From: Lama glama
Lineage: Eukaryota
DNA length: 64,000 bases
Direction of reading: 5' to 3'
Assembly (NCBI GenBank): GCA_028534125.1
Contig: CM052817.1
Span: 34,474,001-34,538,000 of the forward strand
Shown: piece by piece, positions 52,401 to 64,000 of the stretch
Layout of the letters: the number at the start of each line of letters is the position of its first letter
Numbering within the stretch: position 1 is the stretch's first letter
Position numbers and translations under genes: made by a program
The notes under the pieces: model-generated
Told to the model about the DNA's origin: nothing
Seen by the model: the letters and a program-made list of their open reading frames with translations, nothing else
Databases searched by the model: none

Positions 52401-52849
52401 CCAAAAAAGAAAACTATAGGCCAATATCATTGATGAACATTGATGCAAAAATCCTCAACAAAATATTAGCAAACAGAATCCAACAGCACATAAAAAAGAT
52501 CATACATTGTATTTAAGTTGGATTCATCCCAGGGACACAAGGATGGTTCAGCATACACAAATCAATTAGTGTGATACACCACATCAACAAGAGAAAGGAC
52601 AAAAACCACACGATCATCTCAATAGATGTAGAAAAAGCATTTGATAAAATTCAACACCCATTCATGATAAAAACTCTCACCAAAGTGGGAATAGAGGGAA
52701 TATATCTCAACATAATAAAAGCTATATATGACAAACCTACAGCCGGCATAATAATCAATGGTGAGAAATTGAAAGCCTTTCCACTAAAATATGGCACAAG
52801 ACAAGGATGCCCACTCTCACCACTTCTATTCAATACAGTGTTGGAAGTC
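49442..52849 (-). mobile_element. About 3.4-kb rearranged L1 (ORF2 3' part plus 3' UTR): minus 49442-50438, plus 50439-50721, minus 50742-51583, plus 51584-52849
   Basis: ORF2 peptides on both strands: RT motif [14 protein letters not shown] (52571-52918 +), [26 protein letters not shown] (50760-51128 -), [11 protein letters not shown] (50259-50489 -); many stops and frameshifts; no clear TSD found. Confidence 0.95.
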
Positions 52850-53429
52850 ACTAACACTGTTGTAAAGGCTTCAGTAATCAGCCTTCCTAATTACAGAGTT
52901 CAGTTTTCATTTCCATAAGCCCCTCAGATCACAGCTATGGGCATTCTCACCTTTTCTCTTGGCTTCTGTGACGCCCCCTGCTTCTAGTTACATTTTTACT
53001 TCTCTGGAAAAAAAAACTTCTGTACCATAAATATTGACATTCCCCACAGTTTTATCCCTGGGCCATATTTTGCCCCTCACACTAATGTTCTTATGCCAAG
53101 TGTTCTCAGTTTAAGTACTTACAAGCCAGTGATTTCTGACTTGATACAAAGCACTTGCTTAAAGAGAAATAACCTCTCATGGTTCGCAGAGCCAAAGAAT
53201 TCCAGTGTCTGAGGAAAGGTTTCCAAAGAAAGAGGAAACTGAGGGACAGTAACCAGGGAAGAAGGACAGGGTCATAACGCCAGGGAGTTTTTTTGCTCTC
53301 TATGGAGATGTCAAGGCCGACAACATGGGATTGTAAATGTCAGTAAGTAGTTGTTTTAAATTATCTGAAGATAAAAGGAAAACTAAGTTTAGGGGATTTT
53401 AAAAGATTTGCTACCTTTTAAAAATTTTA

Positions 53430-54660
53430 AAAGCCTTTTATGGAGAATATTTTAAATTTACAAAGTCGCAAGAATAAAATAGTGTAAGAACACTTAAAAA
53501 TTTTTATCTGGATTTACCTTTTTTAACATTTTGCCCCATTTGCTTTTGCATTTGTGACCTATCTATCCCTTTATCTATATCTAAATAAAGTTATGTATGT
53601 GCACACACAATTTATATACCTGTAGGTATATGTGTGTACATATGCACACAGTGTGTATGTCTATAGAGAAATACAATGTGTGCATATACATGTATCTTTA
53701 TAGACAGATTAACACATTAGTCTATCATCCATGTTTTAATTTTGTGAGTTGACCTAATAATATTCTCTAATGCAGTTTTCTCCTTCCTGTAGAGGATCTA
53801 GTCTAGGTCAGGTAGTACATTTAGTTCTTTTTAGTCTTTTAATCTGAAATATTTCTATAGCCTTTTCTTATTTATAATACTATTTTTCTAAGATACAGCC
53901 CACCTCTCTTTAATGAGCTGTTCCTCATTTTGTGTTTGTGTGATGTCTCCTCACGATTATACTGAGGTTATGCATTCTTGGTTAGAACACTGCGTGGGTG
54001 ATTCTTAAGTTTCACATCTGTAAGCACGTGATGTCCTTTGTCCCTCACTGATGTTAGTTTTGATCACCCGGTCAGGGTTTCTCTTGTAGACAGTCTTTTT
54101 TCTTCCCTCGGAGCCAATATGCAGTTTTTAAGGAGACACTTTAAAACAATACAAATACCCTATTCCCCAGAGTTTAGCGTCAATTGATGACTCTTACATG
54201 TTCTAAACTTTACTGTGACATTTGCAAAATGTTGGCTAATTCCAGTACTCTGTCCACATTTACCAGTGAGCCCTGGCATGCTGCTCTGAGAAGGACTTCT
54301 CCCTCCCTCCTCTCCCATTGGTTTGTCTATTTATTGTCAGTATAAACTCGTGAACTACTTTTTTCAGTGGTTTATAACTAATTACTTAACTATCTTGTTC
54401 CCTAAATTGTCCCGGATTTGGTGGCTGGGAGTCCCTCCAAGCCGACCCCTGTGTCCTTGTGACATGCTGTCATTTGTTTTCTTCTTCCTTTCTTTCTAGT
54501 ATAAGACGACAGTGCAGTTCATCTTGTAGTCCTCTGCCTAGTCCAGGGATTAGCCATTTCTCTAGGAGCCTTTTAGGGGAATGGTATTAGAAACCAAGGT
54601 CTGGGTGCACATCATTGTTACTGAGATGTCTTTGCTTCTTGGCTTTTTCAAGTAGAACTC
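53430..54660 (-). mobile_element. Old L1MC-type 3' region
   Basis: ttaacattttgccccatttgcttt; attagccatttctctaggagcc...ggaatggtattagaaaccaaggtctgggtg. Confidence 0.7.
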
Positions 54661-55674
54661 GAAAATATACGTCTGTATCATGTGTGTGTGCGGGCATATA
54701 TACACACGTACACGTATGTAATTTGGACATGGATATGCACATAAGCATAGATTTGCATTGCTAAACATGCTTTTTAAATCTTTTTCATTTTGTAATATAA
54801 TGAAGTGGGGAATGGGTTACTTATGCAGTTGTATATTTGATGTTCAGGCAGTTTTTTATGTGTTGTGCCCATTTGATGAAAAGAGCTGGTGAAGTAATAT
54901 GTAATCACATGTATTATATATATATATATGGAAATATCCTCTGAACCTTCCATAGTTCTTAAGTTTTAATTACTAACTTCATATTATTGATGCAAATATG
55001 TTTCACAGTTGGGGCTTGGGTACTGTATTTAGTTCCAAGTATAGTTTTTTATATATAATTTACACAGTTGTCTTCTATATTTAATGATAGTGAAGAATTG
55101 TACTGAGTAAGTTTGAGTCTGTTATGTTACTTTATATATGTGGAATTACTAGTTTCCTTTCTTAAGATATACGTATTTTTAATAGTTGTAGAGGAGCGGA
55201 GTTTGTCATGCCACATGAGAATCTTGTCATGATTCTTCACTGTAGAAGTTTGTAACTGAAAGATTTGTGATGAAGAAATGTCACATAGGGCAGTGGTATA
55301 GCTTCTGGATTATAAGGTCATGGGATCAGTAGAGGGCATCAAAGTTGACTTCCCACGCATGACATGTGGCCGGCCAGCCCCTGGCTGCAGGTGTCTGAGA
55401 GGAGATCTCTGTGAGAGCGTGTGGAACACCTGCCATCTTCGACTACACCACTGATTTTTTGATGAGCTGTACTATGTCATTGGCTAGACCTAAGGGTTCA
55501 GTGTTAGTGGAGGGTAAGAATTAGATTTTAAGGTTATTATGTTTTAGATTAGCTTCTAATGTGAACCATTTTCCCTTTAAAACAGTGGCAAATTGTGATT
55601 TCTGAAGGTAACTGATTCTTCGGTTGGTGTGTAATCTGCGAATTAACCAGACTGTTTGTTGCATTTTCTTCCAG

Positions 55675-55850
55675 TGTTGTTTGGCTATGCCACTACAGTC
55701 ATCCCCAGGGTGTACACGTACTATGTTTCAACGGCATTATTTGCCATTTTTGGCATTAGAATGCTTCGGGAAGGCTTAAAGATGAGTCCGGATGAAGGTC
55801 AAGAGGAGTTAGAAGAAGTTCAAGCAGAATTAAAGAAAAAAGATGAAGAA
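55675..55850 (+). CDS. TMEM165: TMEM165 coding exon 3
   Basis: ttttcttccag|; VLFGYATTVIPRVYTYYVSTALFAIFGIRMLREGLKMSPDEGQEELEEVQAELKKKDEE; donor GAA|gtaagt; 176 nt. Confidence 0.97.
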
Positions 55851-56392
55851 GTAAGTCAGAGCACTGTTAAGTACCAGGACCAAAAAGGCACTCAACTATT
55901 AAGAGTAAATACTGTCCAGGGGTTTTCAGTGGTCATGCACACCTGTGATGCGTGTGGGCTGCACAGAAATAGCTATTTTGCTTAGTTTCCATTCTTAATC
56001 TGGCTCTGGTGTGACTCTGGGTTAGTGTGAATGTGGTGAGAAGAGTGAACATGTGCAATCAAGTTCCTTAATTAGACTAATTATAAGCTCCTGAAAAACA
56101 GGAACTGTAGTTTATCATTTTCTTTCCACAGCATCTAAGATAACAAGTGATCAGTAAATATTGTTTGATTTATTTTGTTGGGGAGAAACAGAAGAATTGA
56201 GAATATAGGACTTGGCTGCTGTGTGAGACCAGTGGTCCGAAAGCCAAATTTGGGGTCACATAACTTTAGTTCCTCAGGATATTCCCAGAGAATTTAAACA
56301 CCTTTTAAAGGAAAGATTAAGTAATTTTGTGCTATACTGACTTGGTTCCTGAGATTAATGTCTTTTATGCTATTTTTTTTTTTTCAATTTAG

Positions 56393-56575
56393 TTCCAACG
56401 CACCAAACTCTTAAATGGGCCAGGAGATGTTGAAGCGGGTACAAACACAACGATACCTCAGAAAAAGTGGCTGCATTTTATTTCACCCATCTTTGTTCAA
56501 GCGCTTACATTAACGTTCTTAGCAGAATGGGGTGATCGCTCTCAGCTGACTACAATTGTTTTGGCAGCTAGAGAG
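56393..56575 (+). CDS. TMEM165: TMEM165 coding exon 4
   Basis: caatttag|; FQRTKLLNGPGDVEAGTNTTIPQKKWLHFISPIFVQALTLTFLAEWGDRSQLTTIVLAARE; second motif EWGDRS; donor GAG|gtgagt; 183 nt; not in the ORF track. Confidence 0.97.
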
Positions 56576-57399
56576 GTGAGTGGTACTTGAGAGATGACTG
56601 CTTCTGTATTAAAACTCAGTGTAACTAATGCTACTTTGCTCCAGAGGGACACTGGGCAGACTCAGGGTGGGCCGTGGGGTGACTTCATGTGCTAGACTGT
56701 TTGTTTTAAATCTAATCACCCTGCAGCTCTTTAAAACCAGCCTCTCCAGTTTTTGCCATCGGCCAGATGGCTCTCTTTTGACTCCTTTTCCCTTCAGTTT
56801 TGCCAAAACGATGGTGTGGCAGTTGCTGTGACTTAGTTTTCTTTTCTCAGAACTTTCCTTTGTGAACTTGTTGAGGACATAAATTGGTATATTATTGTTG
56901 GAGGCCAATTTGGCAACAAATACCTAAAGCTTTAAAAGTAGAAATCTTCGGGTCCTTCCATTCCTTGTGCAAAAGAAATGATGGTGTGTTACAAAGGTTA
57001 CTTAGAACATTTGTTAAGTCGGCCCCACAACGCTGAGTCCTAGGAGGGTGGGCTAGAGAGGCCGCAGGTCACCTTGCTCTAGGCCGGCTCTGCGGGTGGA
57101 GAACCTGAGGCCCGGGGGCAGGTCGGGAGGGGGGCTTGTCCGAGGGTGTAAGCTGGGTGGTGGCCAGGAGGGACAAGGACTAGAGCCAGGCCGTCTGCCT
57201 TCCAGCCTTCTCTGCTGCATCTGTTCATAGTTGTCAGATGCCACTCTTCAAAGATAACTGTTTTCTAAGAAAATGTTTTATCTTTATTTCTTTGGAGGGG
57301 AACGGTGAAGTTTTTACACATGCAAGTGAAGAGCTGCCGAGGGGGATGTGGAGGAGAAGCTGCTGCTTTTTTTTTTTTTTTAGACTTTTTTATTTATCC

Positions 57400-58268
57400 T
57401 TTTTTTTTTTGGTGAGAACACAAGTTACCCTCTTAGCAAATTTCAATTTTACAACAGTATTAACAACTATTTTATACATTGGATCTCAAGAAAAGTCACC
57501 ACTTTATATATTGGCTCTTAAGACTTTATTCATCTAACTGAAGGTTTGTACCCTTTTACCAACCTCTCCCTCTCCCCCTGCCCCCCAGGCCCTGACATCG
57601 CTGACCCATTCTACTTTCTGTTTCTATGAGCTCACTTTTTTTTTTTAATGAAGATTTCACACGTGAGTGAAGCCATGCAGTATTCATCTTTCTCTGCCTG
57701 CTTATTTCATTATGCTTATTCCATTTAGCATAATGCTAGGTTTATCCATGTTGTCTCAAATGACAGGATTTCCCCTTTTTTAAAGGCTGAATATTCCGTT
57801 GTATCTGTGTACCACATCTTCTTTACCCATTCATCCATGGACAGACACTTAAGTTGTTTGTACGTCTTGGCAATTGTGAATAATGCTACAGTGGACATGG
57901 GGGTGCAGATCTCTCTTTGAGGTGATGGTTTCATTTCCAGAAGCGGGGCTGCTGCACCATGTGGGAGTTGTGTTTCACTTTCTTGAGTGACCTCCATACT
58001 GTTTGTCCACGGTGGCTGCACCAGTTACATTGCCACCAGCAGTGTGCAAGCGTTCCCTTCACGTGCTTGCCATTGTTTATCTTGTGTCTTTCTGATGGTA
58101 GCTATTCTAGCCGAGGTGAGGTGGTATCTCACTGTGGTTTTGGTTTGCACTTCTCTGGTAATTAGTGGTGGTGAGCATCTTTTCATGTACCTGTTGACCA
58201 TTTGTATGTCGTCTTTGGAAAAAATGTCTATTCAGGTTCTTTGCCCATTTTAAAAATCAGGTTGTTAT
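57400..58268 (-). mobile_element. L1 (L1MA-type) 3' fragment
   Basis: ORF 57725-58021(-) ICTPMSTVALFTIAKTYKQLKCLSMDEWVKKMWY; poly-T at the left end. Confidence 0.88.
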
Positions 58269-58302
58269 CAGCTCTTCTTGATCTTAACTGATGTTACTTC
58301 TT

Positions 58303-58363
58303 TTTGGTTTTAACTTTTTTTTTACTGAGTTATAGTCATTTTACAAGGTTGTGTCAAATTCCA
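58303..58363 (-). mobile_element. About 60-bp lineage-specific L1 extreme 3' tail insertion
   Basis: tgagttatagtcattttacaaggttgtgtcaaattcca matches 49470-49507; perfect 14-bp TSD tgatgttacttctt at 58289-58302 and 58364-58377. Confidence 0.9.
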
Positions 58364-59649
58364 TGATGTTACTTCTTATCTCATTTATGTCTATTAAATT
58401 ACATTGTTTTTAATCAGCTGGTAAGATTTTAGACAACAAGCTTGATTTGAATTTTTTTTTAACTCCTAGGAAATATCTATCATAAAAAAATAAATTAGGC
58501 TGCAGTTTAAAATGTAAACATGAGTTGAAGGCCAGGTTTAAGGCCTGTTTTGTCAGAGAAACCTTAAAAATCCTATATCTTGAAAAAAGTAGGAATTTTT
58601 CATTTGATTCCCATATTTTAAAAAAAAAGTTTTTTTAAAAATGTCATTTCAGTGGCCTTGCTCTATATTTTTCATGATTTCGAGCCTTCTTGATTGGCAG
58701 TCAGGTTGCCAGGACTGGAACTTGAGAGCAGGCAGTTTGTGCTGGTGGCAGTGGTTCTGCATGGTGATCTGTCACGGCTGCAGTCATCGCACTTTTCGAA
58801 AGCCTGTCATCTAAATGGCCAGAGTGGCATGTGAAAGTCTCAGGTCCCCCGGGTTGCCTCTGTGCTCCAGCCATGCTGACCGGGCTTGAGTCTCTGGCTG
58901 CAGCCCCTCCCTGCGACCCGCTTCCCGGTGGTTCTTCCTGCATGTTCTGGGGTGACGCAAGATAATGCACGCGGGGTCCCCGACCCAGTGAGCGCTGTCA
59001 GCCCCCTTCCGCACTGTCAGCACCCAGGACGTGGAATGAGCTCTTCGGGGGCAGAGGTGCAGTTGTCTGTGTTTGTTCCCTTAGTAGTCCTAATTGGGGC
59101 GGGGGCTGATTTTTTTGTATAAAGCATGCAGTAGTCTGGTTCAGTCCATTGTGGTCTGAACTTCACTCCTGACTTCAGTATCATTTAGTGTTCCCGTGTT
59201 GGGTTTCACAGCCCTAGTGTCCTTTGAGATGTTGATGGGTACTAAGGAAGGAAAGAAAAACGGTTGGGGAGAAGGTTCCAGGGTCAAATACATTTGGCAA
59301 ATTTATTCTGGTTTCTTCGTTTTGAAGACGGAGCATAACAAAATAACAAAGACTGAGAAATCCTGTATTAAAGGAAACGTTTAATTTTATCTAATCCAGT
59401 GATTTTTCAAGTATTACTTTCAAATAGAATGGGATATTAGTTTTAGACAAACAGAATTTGGGGCGCGTAGTCCCACTCTGCATTCTTCACAGCCGGGGAC
59501 GTGGGCTGCTTCCCCAGGCTGCGCGCACAGCCGGCCTCCCGCGCATGGGAGGAGCAGAAGTCGTCGCCCTTTCACTCCTACCGTCACAGCCACGGTCCTT
59601 TCCTGCCTGTATTTGGATGCCAGTCCCCCGTGCTCCACTTAGCATAAAT

Positions 59650-60745
59650 CTTTGCCTCTCTTCCAGCCCAATTTTGTGAGCATTTTAGCATGCACAAGCT
59701 TTTCTCATCTAAAAAGGTTTTACCCCTTCCTCAGTTCTGTTCCTCGTCAAATACGAGCTTCTTGCTCCCCTTCCCCCAGTTTCAGAGGGCTTGGCTGTGA
59801 TGGGAACAGGAGTTGGCTCTGCATCCTCGCTTACTAAACCCACTGGACTCTAGCTCCTGACCACACCGATGCTGTTGGTTTGGTGCTTCGCGTTCACTGC
59901 AGCCACCAGCAGGCCCTGCTGTGGTCAGCGTGGGAGGCCAACTGCTTGGCCGCCTGTTCAGTCTCCTTCCTGTCATCCCTTCAGTGTTGCTGTCCTCGTG
60001 ATCGTGCTGTCCAGGCCTTCGCACCTCCTCTCCTGGGGTTATTATATTCAAGCCCATAGCTTCTTTACCATTGAACTCAACTGACTCTTGAACGTCTCCG
60101 TTTTTAACTCCTGTTGGCATCCCCACCCCTTTCTCCACTGCTTCCTCTACCCTTTTAATCACATTGGTGTTGCCATAATTTATCCGGGAACTGTGGGTGA
60201 GGAACTCGCGTGTCATGCCTGGCTTTTCTTTCATACCGCTTACATTCACTTATCACCAAGGTATATCAGTTATGCCTCCTTAAGTTCTCTTGAATCCATC
60301 TGCTTTTCTGTGCCGTGAGTCTCCCACGGCAATCCAGGCCAGCGTCGTGTCTCACCAGGACTGCTGGAATAGCCTCCCAATCGGTCACCCTGCCTTCAGT
60401 CTTCTTGTCCTCCAGTTTGCTCTCTGTACTCGACTTTTAAAGCATAAACCTGTTCTGCACTCCCCAGCGAAAAACCAATCAGTGTCTTAAAGTCTAAACT
60501 CTAACCTTGTAGGGGCCTTGCTGACCTAGCCCCTCCTGCCTAGGCGGACCCTTGTCTCGTGACTTGCTGGTTCTGTAGAAGCGCCGAAGTGCTGTGCAGT
60601 TGTCTCTTCCCGCTGGCCGGCTGCCTAGTCGGGGCCTCCGGCCTGCTCTTCAGTGCTGGCTTTTCTGGAAAACTGTCACTGGTCTTCCTAATCTGAGTGC
60701 CTCCCATTTCCTTTGGTGGCCAGTGTTTACTGAAAGAATACTGTG
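59650..60745 (+). mobile_element. Degenerate L2, unusually CpG-rich
   Basis: L2 motifs ccaggcc...tctcaccaggactgctggaatagcctcccaatcggtcaccctgccttcagtctt and taaagtctaaactc. Confidence 0.55.
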
Positions 60746-60803
60746 TCCTGGCACTGAACCAAAGCACTGAGGACATAGGGGACATTAAGAGAGGCAGGGT
60801 CTC

Positions 60804-61043
60804 AAATAAAACAAAAAAGCAGCCTCACAGGTATAGAGAATGAACTCGCCGTCACGGGGCCGCGGGCGTGAGGGAGGCGGGCAGAGGGCAGTACCGTGGT
60901 AGGGGAGTAGGAGGCACAAACTGCTGGGTGGAAGACGGGCTCGGGGGTGTATTATACAACACGGGGAACAGAGGCAACGTTTTGTAATAACTGTGAATAG
61001 AAGGTAACCTGTAAAAATTGTATAAAAATTTTAAAAATTAAAA
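60804..61043 (+). mobile_element. 5'-truncated L1 3' UTR (artiodactyl-type)
   Basis: Homologous to 25400-25580; perfect 17-bp TSD aagagaggcagggtctc at 60787-60803 and 61044-61060. Confidence 0.88.
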
Positions 61044-61439
61044 AAGAGAGGCAGGGTCTCTGTTCTTAGGAAGCATAGACTGCACGGTAAAGGCTTGCTT
61101 AGTTTCTTCACAATATCAAATGCTGTCTGCGGGAAGCTCGTCACTTGAGCTGAATGTTGCCTGTGAAAGAAGTTCAACAACTGCTGAAAGGTCGAATTCG
61201 ATTGCTTTGATCTTCCACGCTGATTTTTTTTCTACTTTTATCTTTAGTCTTAGGTATAACTAGAGTGTATTCCTTCAAGCAGCTATTATACTTTTCGTAA
61301 ATTATACACCTGAATTTTCTTAGAACTGTTTTATGCTTTTGTTGCTGTTGCTGACCTTCTTCAGTGCTTGATAGTTACCTTTCTCTGCTGGCAGTTTCAG
61401 CTTTGGTTTTAGATTAATGTTGGTCATATTCGTCTCTAG

Positions 61440-61545
61440 GACCCCTACGGCGTAGCAGTGGGTGGAACAGTGGGACACTGCTTGTGCACCGGGCTGGCAG
61501 TAATTGGAGGAAGAATGATAGCACAAAAAATCTCTGTCAGAACTG
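61440..61545 (+). CDS. TMEM165: TMEM165 coding exon 5
   Basis: cgtctctag|; DPYGVAVGGTVGHCLCTGLAVIGGRMIAQKISVRT; donor G|gtaagt; 106 nt. Confidence 0.97.
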
Positions 61546-62236
61546 GTAAGTTGTTTGTTTGTTTTTTTTTAACTAGAAAGAAAGTATCATTTAACTCTTA
61601 AAATTACTAAGAAAGATTAGAAAAAGGGAGTTTGTGTCTTTTGAAGTAGACTTGGTCTTTGTAATGACAGTCTCTTAGAAGTCCCATGTATTGGTCCTGC
61701 TGTTGTAAACAGGGACTGTTTTTCACGTGCATAGATGTTAATAAAATACAAATCATCTAAAAACATTACTGGATTCATAGTAGCTCTTTGTCAACATATT
61801 TAAGTCGGTGAAACAATCATATGGAAATATGAGAACTCTTTAGCTTTAGAAATGTCTCTTACAAGATTGGGAATCATAGGTGATCACATTTACTGATTCT
61901 GCTGAAAATATCCTGGTAGTTCTTAGAAGATGGAATAAAAAGTCTCTTCGCTAGTCAGAAATTGTTGAAAAAGTTTTTGTAATTGTTTTAAGATGAATTA
62001 CAGTTCTATTTTTGTGTGTCAGCACTCTCATTTTAATATAATTGTTATTAAAACTGCTGGAAAATAAACTGAGTCAACTGTTCAGAGTTGGGCATGTTAA
62101 ATATTTTGCTGTGGAAATGAGGTTTAAGTGTTTCAAATTTGTTTTTAATGTTTAGTAGATAAGAAAAATAAAGGGCAACGTCTTGGCTTATTTAGGGGAA
62201 TTTTGCTTTATTTAACTTTTTTCTGTTCTCTTACAG

Positions 62237-62313
62237 TGACAATCATAGGAGGCATTGTATTTTTGGCGTTTGCATTTTCTGCACTATTTATAAGTCCCGA
62301 ATCTGGTTTTTAA
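62237..62313 (+). CDS. TMEM165: TMEM165 coding exon 6 (with stop)
   Basis: ttctcttacag|; VTIIGGIVFLAFAFSALFISPESGF*; 77 nt; total CDS 969 nt. Confidence 0.97.
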
Positions 62314-63087
62314 CAAGCTATTATTGTTCATTTGTATTTAGTTTAAGATAGGCAACTTGTTATGTACATGGTGTATATTATAACTAAAAGTGATGGAAAA
62401 TACTGTATTTTGTAGCATTGATTTGTGAGTTTGACCCACTTAATGAAAGTATTATGTATGTCCAAAAAAAGAAATAATCATTGATTCTATTTGCAACATG
62501 GGTTTTTAAAAGAAACCTGATATCTAAGTGTGGATTTTTCTTTTCTCCAGCATAATGATGTTTTAATATGGTCTCTATTTTTTAAAGTTTTTTTGGGCAG
62601 GGGGGAGCAGGGGACATATGGAACCATTGTGCAGTGGGGTCTGCCACTTGATTTTCTTTCAGCACCGGCCCCTTTTTAAGGAATATAAAATTCCTCCTGG
62701 ATCACTGAGGTGTTTTAAGATGTTTACCTTTAAAATTTTTCATGGGGGAAAGAGTGAATTAATTTCTATCTTTTAAAACATTTTCATAAGCCAGTAAGCA
62801 GTGATTTAATCAGAAATGTTTCCAAAATTCTTTACCTTTCTCAGGTAGCAGTTTCAACTTTGGTTTTAATTAGGTTTTTTTTTTCTTTTTCTTTTTAAAG
62901 AGCAAGAGAAATGTATCACTGTTATTTATATCAATGACATGACAACAAGAATTGTTTGCCAGGTCCATTCTTCCTCCTTTTTTTAATTGGGTAGGAAACC
63001 CAATATAATAACAGTCAATATTTGACCATGTGGAATTACCAAATTAAAACAGAATACTATGAGTGTATTCGTATTTTTTCTATATTG

Positions 63088-63160
63088 AATAAACAATGTA
63101 ACATAGATACAACATAAATAAAAGTGGTATGACCAGTGCTTGTTTTTCCTTGTGTTATGC
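63088..63160 (+). terminator. TMEM165 polyadenylation region
   Basis: AATAAA at 63088-63093 and 63117-63122, followed by GU/U-rich gtgcttgtttttccttgtgtt. Confidence 0.75.
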
Positions 63161-64000
63161 CAGTTCGTGACATCCTGATTTATCAAAGTCATATTAATAT
63201 TTATAAATGAATTTCTAAAGTTGATTATTTTTAAAAAGTAGCCAAGCATTGTTCTAAAGCACTGTCTTAACCCTCACACAGTTCTATGAGGTAGTGGGTA
63301 CTAATACAAAGTTAAAAAAGGAGTTAACTCACCCAAGGCTACCTGGTAGAGCAGGGAGTCAAACCAGGCAGTTTGGCTCTACACCCCACAATCGGATACT
63401 GTAAGGCTGCTTCATGTGACCAGCACAGCTTCAGTCATCACTGTCACTGAAGTGTGTTCAAACGTAACTGACTGTATTCGGTCCAAGCAGCGTAACTGCT
63501 CTCTCCCAGCCTGATTTCTGTCACCATAGACAGTAACAATGCCATCAATAGCCTCTTTAAACCTGAGCAATAGTTCTGTAGAAACTCCCATGTGTGCTGT
63601 GTGTGGGGTGTAACAGACCCAGAGCAATTCAGGTGTCCTGAGCTACCGCCAAAGTCCACAAGGCACAGTGACCTGCAGCTTGATGAGACTGAAGAGCCGG
63701 GTCAGTCGCCCAGCACGCAGTGCAGCTGTCGGCCTGCAGCAGTGCCTGTGTGCGGGGAGGACAGCTGCCCACCACTGGGAAGAGAGCCAATGTGGCTGTC
63801 AGGTAAAAAAGCAGTAGTTCACATATGGATGACGAAGTCATGTTTAGAAACTTTTAAGGCGTTCTCTACCATAAAAAGTGTGTTATTATAGGGGAGAAAA
63901 ATACAATGTCCATGCGTCAAGATAAACACTTCAAAGAAATCTCAGGTTAAGTCCCCACATTACACCATCATGCTCAGTAGTTAAATACTCAGTACTGCTG

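Noticed and set aside
52571..52918. Reverse-transcriptase ORF as a novel RT or retron-like system
   Set aside because: It is a broken L1 ORF2 fragment within a rearranged intronic L1.
56711..56797. Acceptor-like sequences in TMEM165 intron 4, near where a human deep-intronic CDG variant lies
   Set aside because: I could not pair them with a convincing donor, nor establish positional orthology from the sequence alone.

Overview
This is a mammalian genomic window, not a microbial one. The SINE and L1 content points to a camelid (llama/alpaca/camel lineage); that is an inference from repeat families. It holds two complete, intact, spliced + strand genes in tandem. SRD5A3 has 5 coding exons (4743-17634, 957 nt, 318 aa; dolichol-pathway reductase). 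TMEM165 has 6 coding exons (34634-62313, 969 nt, 322 aa; UPF0016/GDT1-family Golgi Mn2+/Ca2+ transporter). Each gene has a CpG-island promoter, all introns are GT-AG, and the reading frames join correctly across exons. The rest is intronic or intergenic DNA rich in interspersed repeats: tRNA-derived SINEs, L1, L2, MIR, MaLR/ERVL LTRs and hAT DNA transposons. Most ORFs in the track are spurious. I found no convincing new multi-gene system. The most interesting signals are: (1) a doubly inverted L1 with fold-back junctions in TMEM165 intron 2; (2) an (AT)16-T13 tract inside the TMEM165 exon 2 splice acceptor; (3) a TMEM165 uORF in frame with the main ORF, separated from it by one TGA and a (GCG)8 repeat; (4) a cluster of Golgi/ER-stress-type motifs upstream of TMEM165; (5) a local AT-to-GC enriched patch in TMEM165 intron 4. 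Repeat family names come from recalled consensus sequences, and their boundaries are approximate unless a TSD is given.
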